64,000 nt of DNA from an uncultured Clavibacter sp. Lineage in GTDB: Bacteria > Actinomycetota > Actinomycetes > Nanopelagicales > Nanopelagicaceae. The position numbers and the translations under genes are program-made. The stretch spans positions 704 to 64,703 of the forward strand of contig CAZIAI010000005.1 of NCBI GenBank assembly GCA_964536895.1. The letters are read 5' to 3'. Shown piece by piece: positions 21,556 through 31,911 of the stretch (its first letter is position 1; the number at the start of each line of letters is the position of its first letter). The notes under the pieces are model-generated. The model made no database searches, had not been told where the DNA came from, and saw only the letters and a list, made by a program, of their open reading frames with translations.

Positions 21556-22298
21556 CGTGTGCTCCGCTTTCTTTTGCTAGTTATCTTTTTGGTTGTTGTA
21601 TTGCTGATGGGATTATGTTTCGTATTGATTTGGGGAATGAAGGTAGTACAAACACCATCGCCATGGGCAATAGTGGCAAGTCTCTGAACATGCGTTCCGA
21701 GAATTTTTGAAAACGCTGCAGTTTCCTCCTCGCAAAGTTGCGGGAATTCAGCAGCGACATGTGCGATTGGGCAGTGATGTTGACATAACTCAACACCAAT
21801 TCCATGTGCGTGGGTGTTAGCAGCGTAACCCTCTTCGCTTAAAAACTCCGCCAAGCCGACAACTGGGTCCTTTGCGCTTCCTACAGCTGAATGAGAGCGA
21901 CGAACAATTTCCTCCGCGCGATGCTTTGCAAACCCCGACACTAAATGCTCACCGCTGTTGGTTGCCATGTACTTCAAAACCGAAACCGCTAAATCATCAT
22001 ATGAGTGTTCAAAACGCTCCCGACCTTGATCGCTCATAACAAAAACCTTTGAAGGTCTGCCACGCATGCGAACGCTTCGTAGGTGGGGTTCGCGCTCCTC
22101 AAGAATTCCTTCTGAAACCAGCTGGTCCAAGTGCCTTCTGATGCCGGCCGGCGTCAGGTTCAACTTTTTGGCTAGAACTACCGCGGTGGATGGCCCAGAC
22201 TCCAAAATGGCACGGGCAACCTGATCACGGGTGCGCATATCCTCTGGAGCGGCGGTTTTCACAACGGAATTGTTGCGTAATTCATCACGCAACGCCAC
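21552..22298 (-). CDS. sufR: SufR-type (ArsR-like HTH plus Cys-rich C-domain) regulator of the suf operon
   Basis: HTH region [29 protein letters not shown]-terminal cysteines occur in [10 protein letters not shown]...LCEEE...GDGVCTTF. It overlaps the sufB start (ATGA). The start is uncertain: GTG 22298 (longest) or ATG 22238. Confidence 0.85.
   Translation of the reverse strand: MALRDELRNNSVVKTAAPEDMRTRDQVARAILESGPSTAVVLAKKLNLTPAGIRRHLDQLVSEGILEEREPHLRSVRMRGRPSKVFVMSDQGRERFEHSYDDLAVSVLKYMATNSGEHLVSGFAKHRAEEIVRRSHSAVGSAKDPVVGLAEFLSEEGYAANTHAHGIGVELCQHHCPIAHVAAEFPQLCEEETAAFSKILGTHVQRLATIAHGDGVCTTFIPQINTKHNPISNTTTKKITSKRKRSTR
22262..22275. promoter_or_regulatory. CAAC-N6-GTTG palindrome (SufR-box-like) at the sufR/ctaA divergent junction
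   Basis: CAACGGAATTGTTG. It shares its GTTG with a second palindrome, GTTGCGT-N8-ACGCAAC (22272..22293). Confidence 0.5.
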
Positions 22299-22300
22299 TT

Positions 22301-23284
22301 ATGAAACCAGGCTCGAGGCCTTCGCCTCGCCTTAGGCTCTGCCCTGTGAGCGCGACCCAGCAAGCAACCCCTTCACTGAACGCCTCTAAAGCTCTGCGCC
22401 GTCTTGCCAATCTAATGGTCTTCACACAATCAGCCATTGTCGTTACCGGAGCATCGGTTCGAATTACTGGATCTGGTTTGGGATGTTCCACTTGGCCTGA
22501 GTGCACACCAGGTTCATACGTACCTACCCCGGATCAACCCGAAGCGCCGCTTCATGCCTGGATTGAGTTTGGCAATCGATTGTTGACCTTTGTTTTGTTG
22601 CTTAACGCCCTGGCTCTGATGATTGCGATTTTGCGCGGCCGACATAAATCATTACGAAAGATGGGCGCTTTTCAAATTTTGGGCATTCTGGTTCAAGGAG
22701 TCCTAGGCGGAATCACCGTGTTGACCGGATTGAATCCGGCAACCGTTGCAGCCCATTTTCTTCTTTCAATAGTGTTGATTGCAGGAGCCTTATCTTTGCG
22801 GCAAAGGGTTTATAACAAAACGCCAAGTTACATAAAGACAATTCCTCTTGTTCGAAAGTTGATGTTTGCCCATCTAATTCTGACCATCGCAGTTTTGTTT
22901 GTTGGCACTATTGTCACCGGTAGCGGACCACATGCTGGAGACACAACCGCTGAACGCTTCAATCTAGATGCGAAGATGATGTCTTGGATTCACGCAGATT
23001 TAGTCATCGCCTTGATTGGTGTAACAATCGCACTGAACATTGCCATCTACCTTGGCGAATCTGCCGAGAATAAAGCGGTAATCGGAAAGCTCGCCCAAAG
23101 ATTTTTGATAATCGCTCTCGCCCAAGGATTAATTGGTTATATCCAATACTTCACAGGCCTGCCTGAAATACTAGTTGGCGCTCACATCATCGGAGCGGTA
23201 ATAGTTTGGATCTATGGATGGAATCTCGTAATTCGAGGAAATCTAATCGGCCGTCAAAAAGCAGAACAACTTCAGAAGGGGTGA
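22301..23284 (+). CDS. ctaA: heme A synthase (COX15/CtaA)
   Basis: VRITGSGLGCSTWPEC motif and a multi-TM protein with conserved His residues. ATG 22301 is chosen. The track ORF from 22190 would run through sufR, and a later GTG near 22346 is also possible. Confidence 0.85.
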   Translation: MKPGSRPSPRLRLCPVSATQQATPSLNASKALRRLANLMVFTQSAIVVTGASVRITGSGLGCSTWPECTPGSYVPTPDQPEAPLHAWIEFGNRLLTFVLLLNALALMIAILRGRHKSLRKMGAFQILGILVQGVLGGITVLTGLNPATVAAHFLLSIVLIAGALSLRQRVYNKTPSYIKTIPLVRKLMFAHLILTIAVLFVGTIVTGSGPHAGDTTAERFNLDAKMMSWIHADLVIALIGVTIALNIAIYLGESAENKAVIGKLAQRFLIIALAQGLIGYIQYFTGLPEILVGAHIIGAVIVWIYGWNLVIRGNLIGRQKAEQLQKG

Positions 23285-23288
23285 AGGC

Positions 23289-25352
23289 GTGAATCCAAAT
23301 CTTGGTGAGTGGTCCGCACTTGATGATAAAGCTGTAGCGGTAGCACGCGCTCTTTCTATGGATGCGGTGCAAAAGGTCGGAAACGGCCACCCAGGTACAG
23401 CAATGTCCTTGGCTCCCGTTGCATACACTCTATTTCAGCGCTTTTTAAAACATGATCCCTCTGATCCCAATTGGATTGGAAGAGATAGATTCATTCTGTC
23501 GTGTGGGCATTCATCATTAACTCTCTACATACAACTGCTTTTTAGTGGCTATGGTTTATCAATCGAGGATCTCAAATCATTTCGCACCTGGGGCTCAAAG
23601 ACACCTGGTCATCCCGAGTACGGACATACCGCCGGAGTTGAAACAACAACCGGCCCTCTTGGTCAAGGTGTAGCAAACGCCGTTGGCATGGCAATGGCGG
23701 CACGTTATGAAAGAGGCCTGCTTGATCCTGATGCTGCGCCCGGCCAAAGTCCATTTGATCACAATATCTGGGTAATTTGTAGCGATGGTGATTTGCAGGA
23801 AGGTGTTAGCACCGAAGCTTCATCACTAGCTGGCACTCAAAAGTTAGGAAATCTAAAGGTTATCTATGATGACAATAGAATCTCTATTGAGGGCGATACG
23901 CATTATGCCTTTGATGAGGATGTCTCTGCGCGTTATAAATCTTATGGATGGCAAGTTATTGAAGTAGCTGCAAAATCTAATGGCGATGTTGATCGCGATG
24001 CTCTCGAATCGGCCATGCACCAGTCACTTCAGATTACAAATGCGCCGGTCTTGATTAGATTGAAAACAGTAATTGCTTGGCCGGCCCCAAAGGCGCGCAA
24101 TACCGCAAAGTCCCATGGTTCAGCCTTGGGCGCTGAAGAAATTGCAGCCACAAAATTAGAGCTTGGTTTGCCTCAAGAAGAGTTTTTCTATCCAGTAGAA
24201 ATTCGCAATCATGTCGAGCAGGTTGCCCAACGTGGAGCGCAGTTGCGCGCTATTTGGAACAAGGGCTTTTTCGAATGGCAGAACAAGCATCCGCAAAACT
24301 CAGCTTTGTTAGAGAGATTGCAATCAAAGAAACTGCCGGTAAATTGGGATAAAGATTTGCCAGTCTTCTCCCCTGATAAAGAGGTTGCAACTCGTAAAGC
24401 CTCAGGTGATGCGATTAATGCTTTAGCCCGCACACTTCCAGAGTTATTTGGTGGCTCCTCAGATTTGGCCGAAAGCAATAACACCACGATTGAAGGGGGC
24501 GGGTCATTTCTGCCGGCCGACTCCGCCATGAAAGGTGCAACACCTTATGGTCGAGTGATTCACTTTGGAATTCGTGAGCATGCCATGGGCTCAATCCTTA
24601 ATGGAATGGCGCTCCATGGCTTAGTGAAACCTTTTGGCGGCACATTCTTAGTATTCAGCGATTACATGAGAGGGGCGGTGCGTTTGAGCGCCCTCATGAA
24701 TCTTCCAGTTACCTATGTGTGGACCCATGACTCAATTGGCCTGGGTGAAGATGGACCTACACATCAACCTGTTGAACACATCGCAGCGCTTCGCGCTATT
24801 CCCGGACTAGAGGTCATTCGCCCGGCAGATGCAAATGAGGTTGTTAACTGTTGGCGCGAAATTATCTCTCGAGCAAAGCCTGCGGGCATTTTGTTGTCTC
24901 GACAAAACTTGCCGGTACTCGATCGCACAAAGTATGCAGCCGCTTCCAATGCTTCACGGGGTGCCTACAACCTTAATCAGGTTGATAACCCAGATGTGGT
25001 GATAATTGCTACCGGATCAGAGGTATCTATTTCGCTACAGGCTGCCGAGCTTTTGTCACAAGAAGGAATCGCAGCACGAGTAGTTAGCGCTCCTTGCCTT
25101 GAATGGTTTAATCAACAAGATGATTCCTACAAGTTGTCGGTGTTGCCAAAGAAGGTCAAGGCTAGAGTCAGTGTGGAGGCCGGCATATCTCAGGGTTGGC
25201 GGGATTACATCGGCGATTTTGGCGTAGCAGTTTCTCTTGAACACTTCGGCGCTTCAGCATCGGCAGGGGTCTTGTTCAAAGAGTTTGGTTTCACACCAGA
25301 GAACATCGCAAATGCTGCAAAACTGTCCATTTCAAAAGTAGCCCAAGGCTAA
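23289..25352 (+). CDS. tkt: transketolase
   Basis: 687 aa, GTG start, with GNGHPGTAMSLAP and THDSIGLGEDGPTHQP motifs. Confidence 0.96.
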   Translation: MNPNLGEWSALDDKAVAVARALSMDAVQKVGNGHPGTAMSLAPVAYTLFQRFLKHDPSDPNWIGRDRFILSCGHSSLTLYIQLLFSGYGLSIEDLKSFRTWGSKTPGHPEYGHTAGVETTTGPLGQGVANAVGMAMAARYERGLLDPDAAPGQSPFDHNIWVICSDGDLQEGVSTEASSLAGTQKLGNLKVIYDDNRISIEGDTHYAFDEDVSARYKSYGWQVIEVAAKSNGDVDRDALESAMHQSLQITNAPVLIRLKTVIAWPAPKARNTAKSHGSALGAEEIAATKLELGLPQEEFFYPVEIRNHVEQVAQRGAQLRAIWNKGFFEWQNKHPQNSALLERLQSKKLPVNWDKDLPVFSPDKEVATRKASGDAINALARTLPELFGGSSDLAESNNTTIEGGGSFLPADSAMKGATPYGRVIHFGIREHAMGSILNGMALHGLVKPFGGTFLVFSDYMRGAVRLSALMNLPVTYVWTHDSIGLGEDGPTHQPVEHIAALRAIPGLEVIRPADANEVVNCWREIISRAKPAGILLSRQNLPVLDRTKYAAASNASRGAYNLNQVDNPDVVIIATGSEVSISLQAAELLSQEGIAARVVSAPCLEWFNQQDDSYKLSVLPKKVKARVSVEAGISQGWRDYIGDFGVAVSLEHFGASASAGVLFKEFGFTPENIANAAKLSISKVAQG

Positions 25353-25374
25353 CTCCCAGCCAAGGAAGGTAGAG

Positions 25375-26487
25375 ATGCATAAAATCCTTCAACAAATTAC
25401 CGAAGCTGGAACCTCAATCTGGCTAGATGATCTTTCCCGCGAACGTCTAATTCCAAATGGCGAGGCAAGAAATCTCGACCTCCTCATAAATACAGAATCC
25501 ATTCTGGGAGTTACCACCAATCCGGCAATCTTCTCCGCTGCCATTTCAAAGTCATCGCTTTACTCATCTGACATCTCTGATTTGGCAGGCGCTGGCCATG
25601 ATGCACAATCCATAATCACAGAGCTCACCACCGCAGATGTTGCACAGGCCTGTGATGCTTTTGCAGAGGTTTTCACTCAATCTGGTGGGGTCGATGGTCG
25701 AGTGAGCATTGAAGTGGACCCGCGTTTAGCCCGCGATACCGCCGGAACCATAAAGCAAGCACATGAGCTTTGGGGCAAAGTAAATCGCCCTAATGTTCTA
25801 ATCAAGGTTCCCGCCACAAGGGAAGGCTTGCCTGCAATACGCCAACTCATCAGTGATGGAATCAGCGTAAATGTCACGATTATCTTCTCGGTCGAGAGAT
25901 ACAAAGAGGTTCTTGAGGCTTTTATCGCTGGATTAGAGGATCGCGCAAAAAATAATCTTTCAGTTGCAGGAATTCACTCTGTCGCATCATTCTTTGTCAG
26001 CCGCGTTGATACAGATATTGATCCTGTACTTAAAGCACACACAGATCCGGCAGCTGCAAATCTTTTGGGTAAGGCCGCGATAGCAAATGCTCGATTAGCG
26101 TATGAACACTTTGCGTCGGCTCGATTAACACAACGTTGGCAATCGTTAGAAGCCCTTGGTGCAGCAATACAAAGGCCACTGTGGGCATCAACTGGCGTCA
26201 AGGATCCAAATTACGATCCAACCATGTATGTCATGGAGTTGATTGCCCCACTTACGGTAAACACAATGCCGGAAGCAACGCTAATTGCAGTAAGAGATGG
26301 TGCATCTTTCAAAGGGGAAAGTATCACCGCACACTTCGAAGACTCCCGCTTGATTCTTGATTCCCTACAGTCACTAGGGGTGGATATAAATCAAGTAGCT
26401 GACAAGCTGGAAAATGAAGGAATTGAAAAATTTATTAAACCTTGGCTCGAGTTAATTGCTGTAGTGGAAAGTGCTGCCAAAAAATGA
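25375..26487 (+). CDS. tal: transaldolase (long actinobacterial type)
   Basis: 370 aa with GTSIWLDDLSR and NVLIKVPATREG (catalytic Lys context). Confidence 0.95.
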   Translation: MHKILQQITEAGTSIWLDDLSRERLIPNGEARNLDLLINTESILGVTTNPAIFSAAISKSSLYSSDISDLAGAGHDAQSIITELTTADVAQACDAFAEVFTQSGGVDGRVSIEVDPRLARDTAGTIKQAHELWGKVNRPNVLIKVPATREGLPAIRQLISDGISVNVTIIFSVERYKEVLEAFIAGLEDRAKNNLSVAGIHSVASFFVSRVDTDIDPVLKAHTDPAAANLLGKAAIANARLAYEHFASARLTQRWQSLEALGAAIQRPLWASTGVKDPNYDPTMYVMELIAPLTVNTMPEATLIAVRDGASFKGESITAHFEDSRLILDSLQSLGVDINQVADKLENEGIEKFIKPWLELIAVVESAAKK

Positions 26488-28004
26488 TTGAGTTAAAGGG
26501 CTTTGAAATTGGATTATCGCAACGCGCAACCTTGAATCAGATTACTTCAAGGTTGGCGAAAAAAGATTCATCTCTTTGGGGTCCAGCCGCAGCCGCTGAA
26601 GCTGCAATTAGGCTGAATTGGATTGACCTACCTGAAAGCTCCCGTGATTTATTGCCGACCCTAGATGCGCTATCTGCTTGGTCTCGCGAATTGAAACACT
26701 CAGATTTTGTTCTATGTGGCATGGGCGGCTCCTCCCTAGCACCCGAGGTGATTGCCAGCGTTTATCAAAAAGATCTAACCGTTCTAGATTCCACCGATCC
26801 TGAACATGTCGCTCAGGTTTTATCAAAGGATTTAAAGCACACCTGCTTTATTGTCGGATCAAAATCAGGCTCCACTATTGAGACCTCCTCAGCTAAAGCC
26901 GCTGCAGAAGCAGAGTTGATTAAACAAGGACTGGATCCGAAAAATCATATGGTTGTCGTTACCGACCCTGGCTCTCCACTTGATGCACAAGCACGCGCAG
27001 CATCATTGAAGGTGGTTAATGCCGATCCAAATGTAGGTGGACGCTTTAGTGCATTAAGCGCGTTTGGTCTGACCCCCGCAGCCTTAATTGGGGTAGATGT
27101 TTCTGTGTTGATTGATGATGCCCATTCTGCGGCGACCGGGTTTACAGAGATTGATTCGGCTGCAGTCAAAGTTGCTGCTGCACTCGCTTGCAAAGAGTTT
27201 GCCTACGTTGGATTCTTTGACAAAGGCTCCCCACTTCAGGGGCTTGGTGATTGGATTGAACAGTTAATTGCTGAATCTACTGGCAAAGATAAAAAGGGCG
27301 TTCTCCCTGTAGTCACCGATAGCAAGAACTCTGATTTGTACCCAGTAATTACCTTTGATGGCTCCGGAACTCATGATGTAAGCGCAACCCTTGGAGAGCA
27401 CTTTATTTTTTGGGAATGGGTTACCGCATTGGTTGGCTATCTTTTGCAGGTTGATCCCTTTAACCAACCAAATGTGACTGAAGCAAAGGAGAAAACCTCT
27501 GCCCTTCTCTCGCGCTGGGCCGGTCAAGCTCCAGAGGAATTAACCCCCACATTGCAAGGCCAATTTGTATCGGTGTACAGCGATCAAAAGCATGCCGAGC
27601 TGGAAGATTATTTATCCACCGCAATTGAAAAATCAAAAGGTTATTTGGCGGTGATGGCTTATCTGCATCGAGGGAAAGATGACAGCGTTGTTGAAATCAG
27701 AGATTTGATTGAGCGAAGCGCTAAGAAGCCAACCACCTTTGGTTGGGGCCCAAGGTTTTTGCACTCCACGGGTCAGTTCCATAAAGGCGGACCGGACATA
27801 GGTTCATTTATTCAAATAACTGCGGCATGTAATGTTGATTGGCCCATCTCCGGCAAAGATTATGGTTTTGAAACTTTGTTAATGGCACAAGCTTTAGGTG
27901 ACAACGAGGCTTTGTCCGCCAGAGGATTTCCAATAGTGCGTTTTCATCTTCATGATCGAACTAAAGGTATTGCAGAGTTAATCGCCGCTGCGAAGCGGAT
28001 TTAA
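26484..28004 (+). CDS. pgi: glucose-6-phosphate isomerase
   Basis: SIS-domain PGI motifs CGMGGSSLAPEV and GSKSGSTIET. ATG 26484 overlaps the tal stop (ATGA). The track TTG at 26442 lies inside tal. Confidence 0.88.
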   Translation: MIELKGFEIGLSQRATLNQITSRLAKKDSSLWGPAAAAEAAIRLNWIDLPESSRDLLPTLDALSAWSRELKHSDFVLCGMGGSSLAPEVIASVYQKDLTVLDSTDPEHVAQVLSKDLKHTCFIVGSKSGSTIETSSAKAAAEAELIKQGLDPKNHMVVVTDPGSPLDAQARAASLKVVNADPNVGGRFSALSAFGLTPAALIGVDVSVLIDDAHSAATGFTEIDSAAVKVAAALACKEFAYVGFFDKGSPLQGLGDWIEQLIAESTGKDKKGVLPVVTDSKNSDLYPVITFDGSGTHDVSATLGEHFIFWEWVTALVGYLLQVDPFNQPNVTEAKEKTSALLSRWAGQAPEELTPTLQGQFVSVYSDQKHAELEDYLSTAIEKSKGYLAVMAYLHRGKDDSVVEIRDLIERSAKKPTTFGWGPRFLHSTGQFHKGGPDIGSFIQITAACNVDWPISGKDYGFETLLMAQALGDNEALSARGFPIVRFHLHDRTKGIAELIAAAKRI

Positions 28005-28348
28005 TCCTCATCCTCGCCGCGCAACTTCTTCAGCGCTGCGTCAAGAATTCCCTTTGCTTCGGCTTCTGTGCGTCGTTCCTTCACATAGGCAAGGTGTGTC
28101 TTGTAAGGCTCGTTCTTTGTGGGAGATGGTGGATTGTTCTTGTCTCTTCCAGCCGGGAAGCCACAGCGCGGACAATCCCATTCAGCTGGAACTACAACTG
28201 TTCCATCTTCGGCAAATGATGGCTTTGTTTCATGGCCATTTAGGCACCAATATGAAACTCGGAAACGCGCTATCGCCTCGCCGCGTTCCGCCTCGCCCAT
28301 AGGACCGGCACCGACGCGAGAGCCTCTGATTGCACTTCCACCTGCCAT
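28001..28348 (-). CDS. rbpA: RNA polymerase-binding protein RbpA
   Basis: IRGSRVG..., Zn-ribbon ligands C..H...CPRCG, and YKTHLAYVKERR (sigma-interaction region). The family is restricted to Actinomycetota. Confidence 0.92.
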   Translation of the reverse strand: MAGGSAIRGSRVGAGPMGEAERGEAIARFRVSYWCLNGHETKPSFAEDGTVVVPAEWDCPRCGFPAGRDKNNPPSPTKNEPYKTHLAYVKERRTEAEAKGILDAALKKLRGEDED

Positions 28349-28356
28349 TTATCTCT

Positions 28357-28411
28357 CCTTGAATTGACCTTCAATTAACCTTTAATCAACCTTGAATAAA
28401 CCTTAAATCAA
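28357..28411 (-). repeat. five tandem, exactly 11-bp-phased direct repeats CCTTnAATnAA (minus strand TTnATTnAAGG)
   Basis: The units are CCTTGAATTGA, CCTTCAATTAA, CCTTTAATCAA, CCTTGAATAAA and CCTTAAATCAA, starting at 28357, 28368, 28379, 28390 and 28401. The unit nearest rbpA provides its AAGGAG Shine-Dalgarno. Confidence 0.95.
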
Positions 28412-28420
28412 ATGACTCTT

Positions 28421-28648
28421 TTATTTTAGAACTAAACCAAGTGCAATGACCGCTGCAAACCAGATTCCGCCAACAACAATTGTTATGCGATCAAGATTCT
28501 TCTCGACCACGGAAGAACCTCCGTAGTTTGATGACATACCGCCACCAAATAGATCAGATAGTCCACTTCCCTTGCCTTTGTGAAGCAACACGAGAATGAT
28601 CATCAAGATGCTGGCGATTACCAACAGGATTGATAGCGCTAAAGCCAC
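28421..28648 (-). CDS. secG: preprotein translocase subunit SecG
   Basis: 75 aa, two TM helices, LLHKGKGSGLSDLFGGG motif. GTG start with AAGGAG 7 nt upstream. Confidence 0.92.
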   Translation of the reverse strand: MALALSILLVIASILMIILVLLHKGKGSGLSDLFGGGMSSNYGGSSVVEKNLDRITIVVGGIWFAAVIALGLVLK

Positions 28649-28738
28649 GATTAACTCCTTGGAACTTTATATGGACCTCTGAAGAGCCAAATACTACCTA
28701 ATGAGGGAGCCAACCCCCGCATCCGGGCGTGATTTAGC

Positions 28739-29515
28739 CTAGAGAACTCGATGGAACTTACAGATTCTGGCGAACTCCTCAGGATCAAGGCTCGCTCCAC
28801 CAACTAATGCTCCATCAACATCAGGTTGCTTCATGATGTCCACGATGTTGGCTGATTTCACTGAACCGCCGTAGAGAATTCTGGCATTAGCCGCAATCTC
28901 CTCACTGCCAATCTTTGACAGCTCTTCTCTGATTGCGCCACAAACCTCTTGGGCATCCTCGGGTGTTGCCGTTTTTCCTGTGCCAATTGCCCAGACCGGT
29001 TCGTAGGCAAAAACAATCTTCTTTAACTCTGGTTTATGGAAACCCTTCAAACCCTCTCTTACTTGATTCAAAACATGCTCCACATGAGTTCCCGCTTCTC
29101 TAATTGGGAGCTCTTCGCCGATGCAGAAAATCGGGGTCATTTCCCCTTCGAGTGTCGCTCTTATCTTTTTGTTTACGAGCGCATCATCTTCCTTGTGGAT
29201 GGCGCGACGTTCAGAGTGTCCTACTACGACAAAAGAGCAATCCAGTTTCTTCAACATGCTGGCTGAAATGTCTCCCGTGAATGCGCCGGACTTTTCTGGC
29301 GATACATCTTGTGCGCCATAACTGAGCTTCAGTCGATCACCATCTACCAATGTTTGAACAGAGCGAATATCAGTAAAGGGTGGCAGGACTACAACATCTA
29401 CCGCTTCAAAATCCCTGTCCTCGAGGGAGTAAGCCAACTTTTGAGTAACTGCAATGGCCTCAAGATGATTTAAATTCATCTTCCAATTGCCTGCGATCAA
29501 CGGCTTGCGTGACAT
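28739..29515 (-). CDS. tpiA: triosephosphate isomerase
   Basis: [15 protein letters not shown] and [11 protein letters not shown] motifs. Confidence 0.97.
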   Translation of the reverse strand: MSRKPLIAGNWKMNLNHLEAIAVTQKLAYSLEDRDFEAVDVVVLPPFTDIRSVQTLVDGDRLKLSYGAQDVSPEKSGAFTGDISASMLKKLDCSFVVVGHSERRAIHKEDDALVNKKIRATLEGEMTPIFCIGEELPIREAGTHVEHVLNQVREGLKGFHKPELKKIVFAYEPVWAIGTGKTATPEDAQEVCGAIREELSKIGSEEIAANARILYGGSVKSANIVDIMKQPDVDGALVGGASLDPEEFARICKFHRVL

Positions 29516-29567
29516 ATCTCCCCTTAATTTCTATAGCGAAACAAAGCTGCTCTTTGAGACAACCCTA

Positions 29568-30776
29568 CTAAACAAGCGCACTTAAACCAGGTAGTTCCTT
29601 ACCTTCAAGATATTCAAGTGAGGCACCGCCGCCTGTTGAAATATATCCAAACTGTTCATCTTTAAATCCTAAGGCGCGTACCGCAGCTGCGGAGTCTCCC
29701 CCTCCTACAACAGAGAGTCCATTCACCTCGGTTAATGCTTGAGCCACCACTTTGGTTCCGTCGGCAAAATGAGAGAACTCAAAAACGCCCATAGGGCCAT
29801 TCCAGAAAACCGTCTTACAGCCTTTAATTGCTGCAGCAAATGCGGCTGCACTGTCAGGGCCAATGTCCAAGCCCATTTGGTCGCTAGGGATTTCATCAGC
29901 ACTAACAATCCTAGGAGATTCGTTGGCAAATGCTGGAGCCACAACAATGTCAGTGGGTAGAAGGACTTCTACTCCTAGATCTTTTGCTCTGGCCAATAAA
30001 TCTTTGACTAAAGGGATTGAGTCTGTTTCAACTAACGAGGTACCTATTTGCTTTCCTTGTGCAGCTAAAAATGTGAAAACCATTCCGCCACCAATTGCGA
30101 GTAAATTGACCTTGTCCAACAAATTAGTGATTACACCAATCTTGTCGGAAACCTTCGCTCCACCTAAAACAACGCCGTAGGGTCGTGCAGGTGATTGCGT
30201 CAATTTCTTTAGCACCTCTACCTCTGCAGAGACTAGGTAGCCAGCAGCGTGTGGAAGATTTTTAGCCGCTTCAAAAACTGAGGCGTGTTTGCGGTGAACC
30301 GCACCAAAACCATCTCCAACATACACATCGGCAAAACCACTCAACTGCTTGGCGAAAGATGATCGGGTCGTTTCATCTTTGCTGGTTTCAGCCTCTTCAA
30401 AGCGAACATTTTCTAGCAATACAACTTCGCCTGGCTTAATGGCAGCTACCGCTGAGTTAGCGCTCGGCCCAACTACATCTGTAGCGAAAACAACCCTATG
30501 ACCCAAAAGCTGACTTAACCTTTCGGCAACTGGAGCAAGAGATAACTCTGGCTTGTGCTCTCCTTTTGGTCTGCCAAGGTGGGCAACCACAACTAATGCA
30601 GCTCCAGCTTTTAGTAGTGCAGATATTGTCGGAAGTGAGGCGCGAATGCGACCATCATCGGTGATGACTCTTTTTCCTGAGCCATCATCCTTTAATGGAA
30701 CATTAAGGTCACAACGAAGCAATACCTTTTTTCCAGTTACATCCAAGTCAGACAGCGTGCGAATCTCAGAGCTCAC
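29568..30776 (-). CDS. pgk: phosphoglycerate kinase
   Basis: 402 aa with LLRCDLNVPL, GGAKVSDKI and STGGGASLEYLEG motifs. Confidence 0.97.
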   Translation of the reverse strand: MSSEIRTLSDLDVTGKKVLLRCDLNVPLKDDGSGKRVITDDGRIRASLPTISALLKAGAALVVVAHLGRPKGEHKPELSLAPVAERLSQLLGHRVVFATDVVGPSANSAVAAIKPGEVVLLENVRFEEAETSKDETTRSSFAKQLSGFADVYVGDGFGAVHRKHASVFEAAKNLPHAAGYLVSAEVEVLKKLTQSPARPYGVVLGGAKVSDKIGVITNLLDKVNLLAIGGGMVFTFLAAQGKQIGTSLVETDSIPLVKDLLARAKDLGVEVLLPTDIVVAPAFANESPRIVSADEIPSDQMGLDIGPDSAAAFAAAIKGCKTVFWNGPMGVFEFSHFADGTKVVAQALTEVNGLSVVGGGDSAAAVRALGFKDEQFGYISTGGGASLEYLEGKELPGLSALV

Positions 30777-30807
30777 TTTTAATCCTTAAATCTATTAGTG
30801 GCTGAAA

Positions 30808-31827
<1,020 letters not shown>

Positions 31828-31911
31828 TTAGTGCACGCAAATGCGCCCAAGTCGATTAATCTGAATTGTCGCCACGACCCTGTGGACTTAAGAGAAATCC
31901 TATCAGTGAAG

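Noticed and set aside
28357-28411. Whether the 11-bp repeat array could be a CRISPR array, an iteron-type origin, or coding sequence.
   Set aside because: The units are far too short and directly abutting (no spacers) for CRISPR. No replication genes are nearby. The array lies between the secG stop and the rbpA start, in no open frame.
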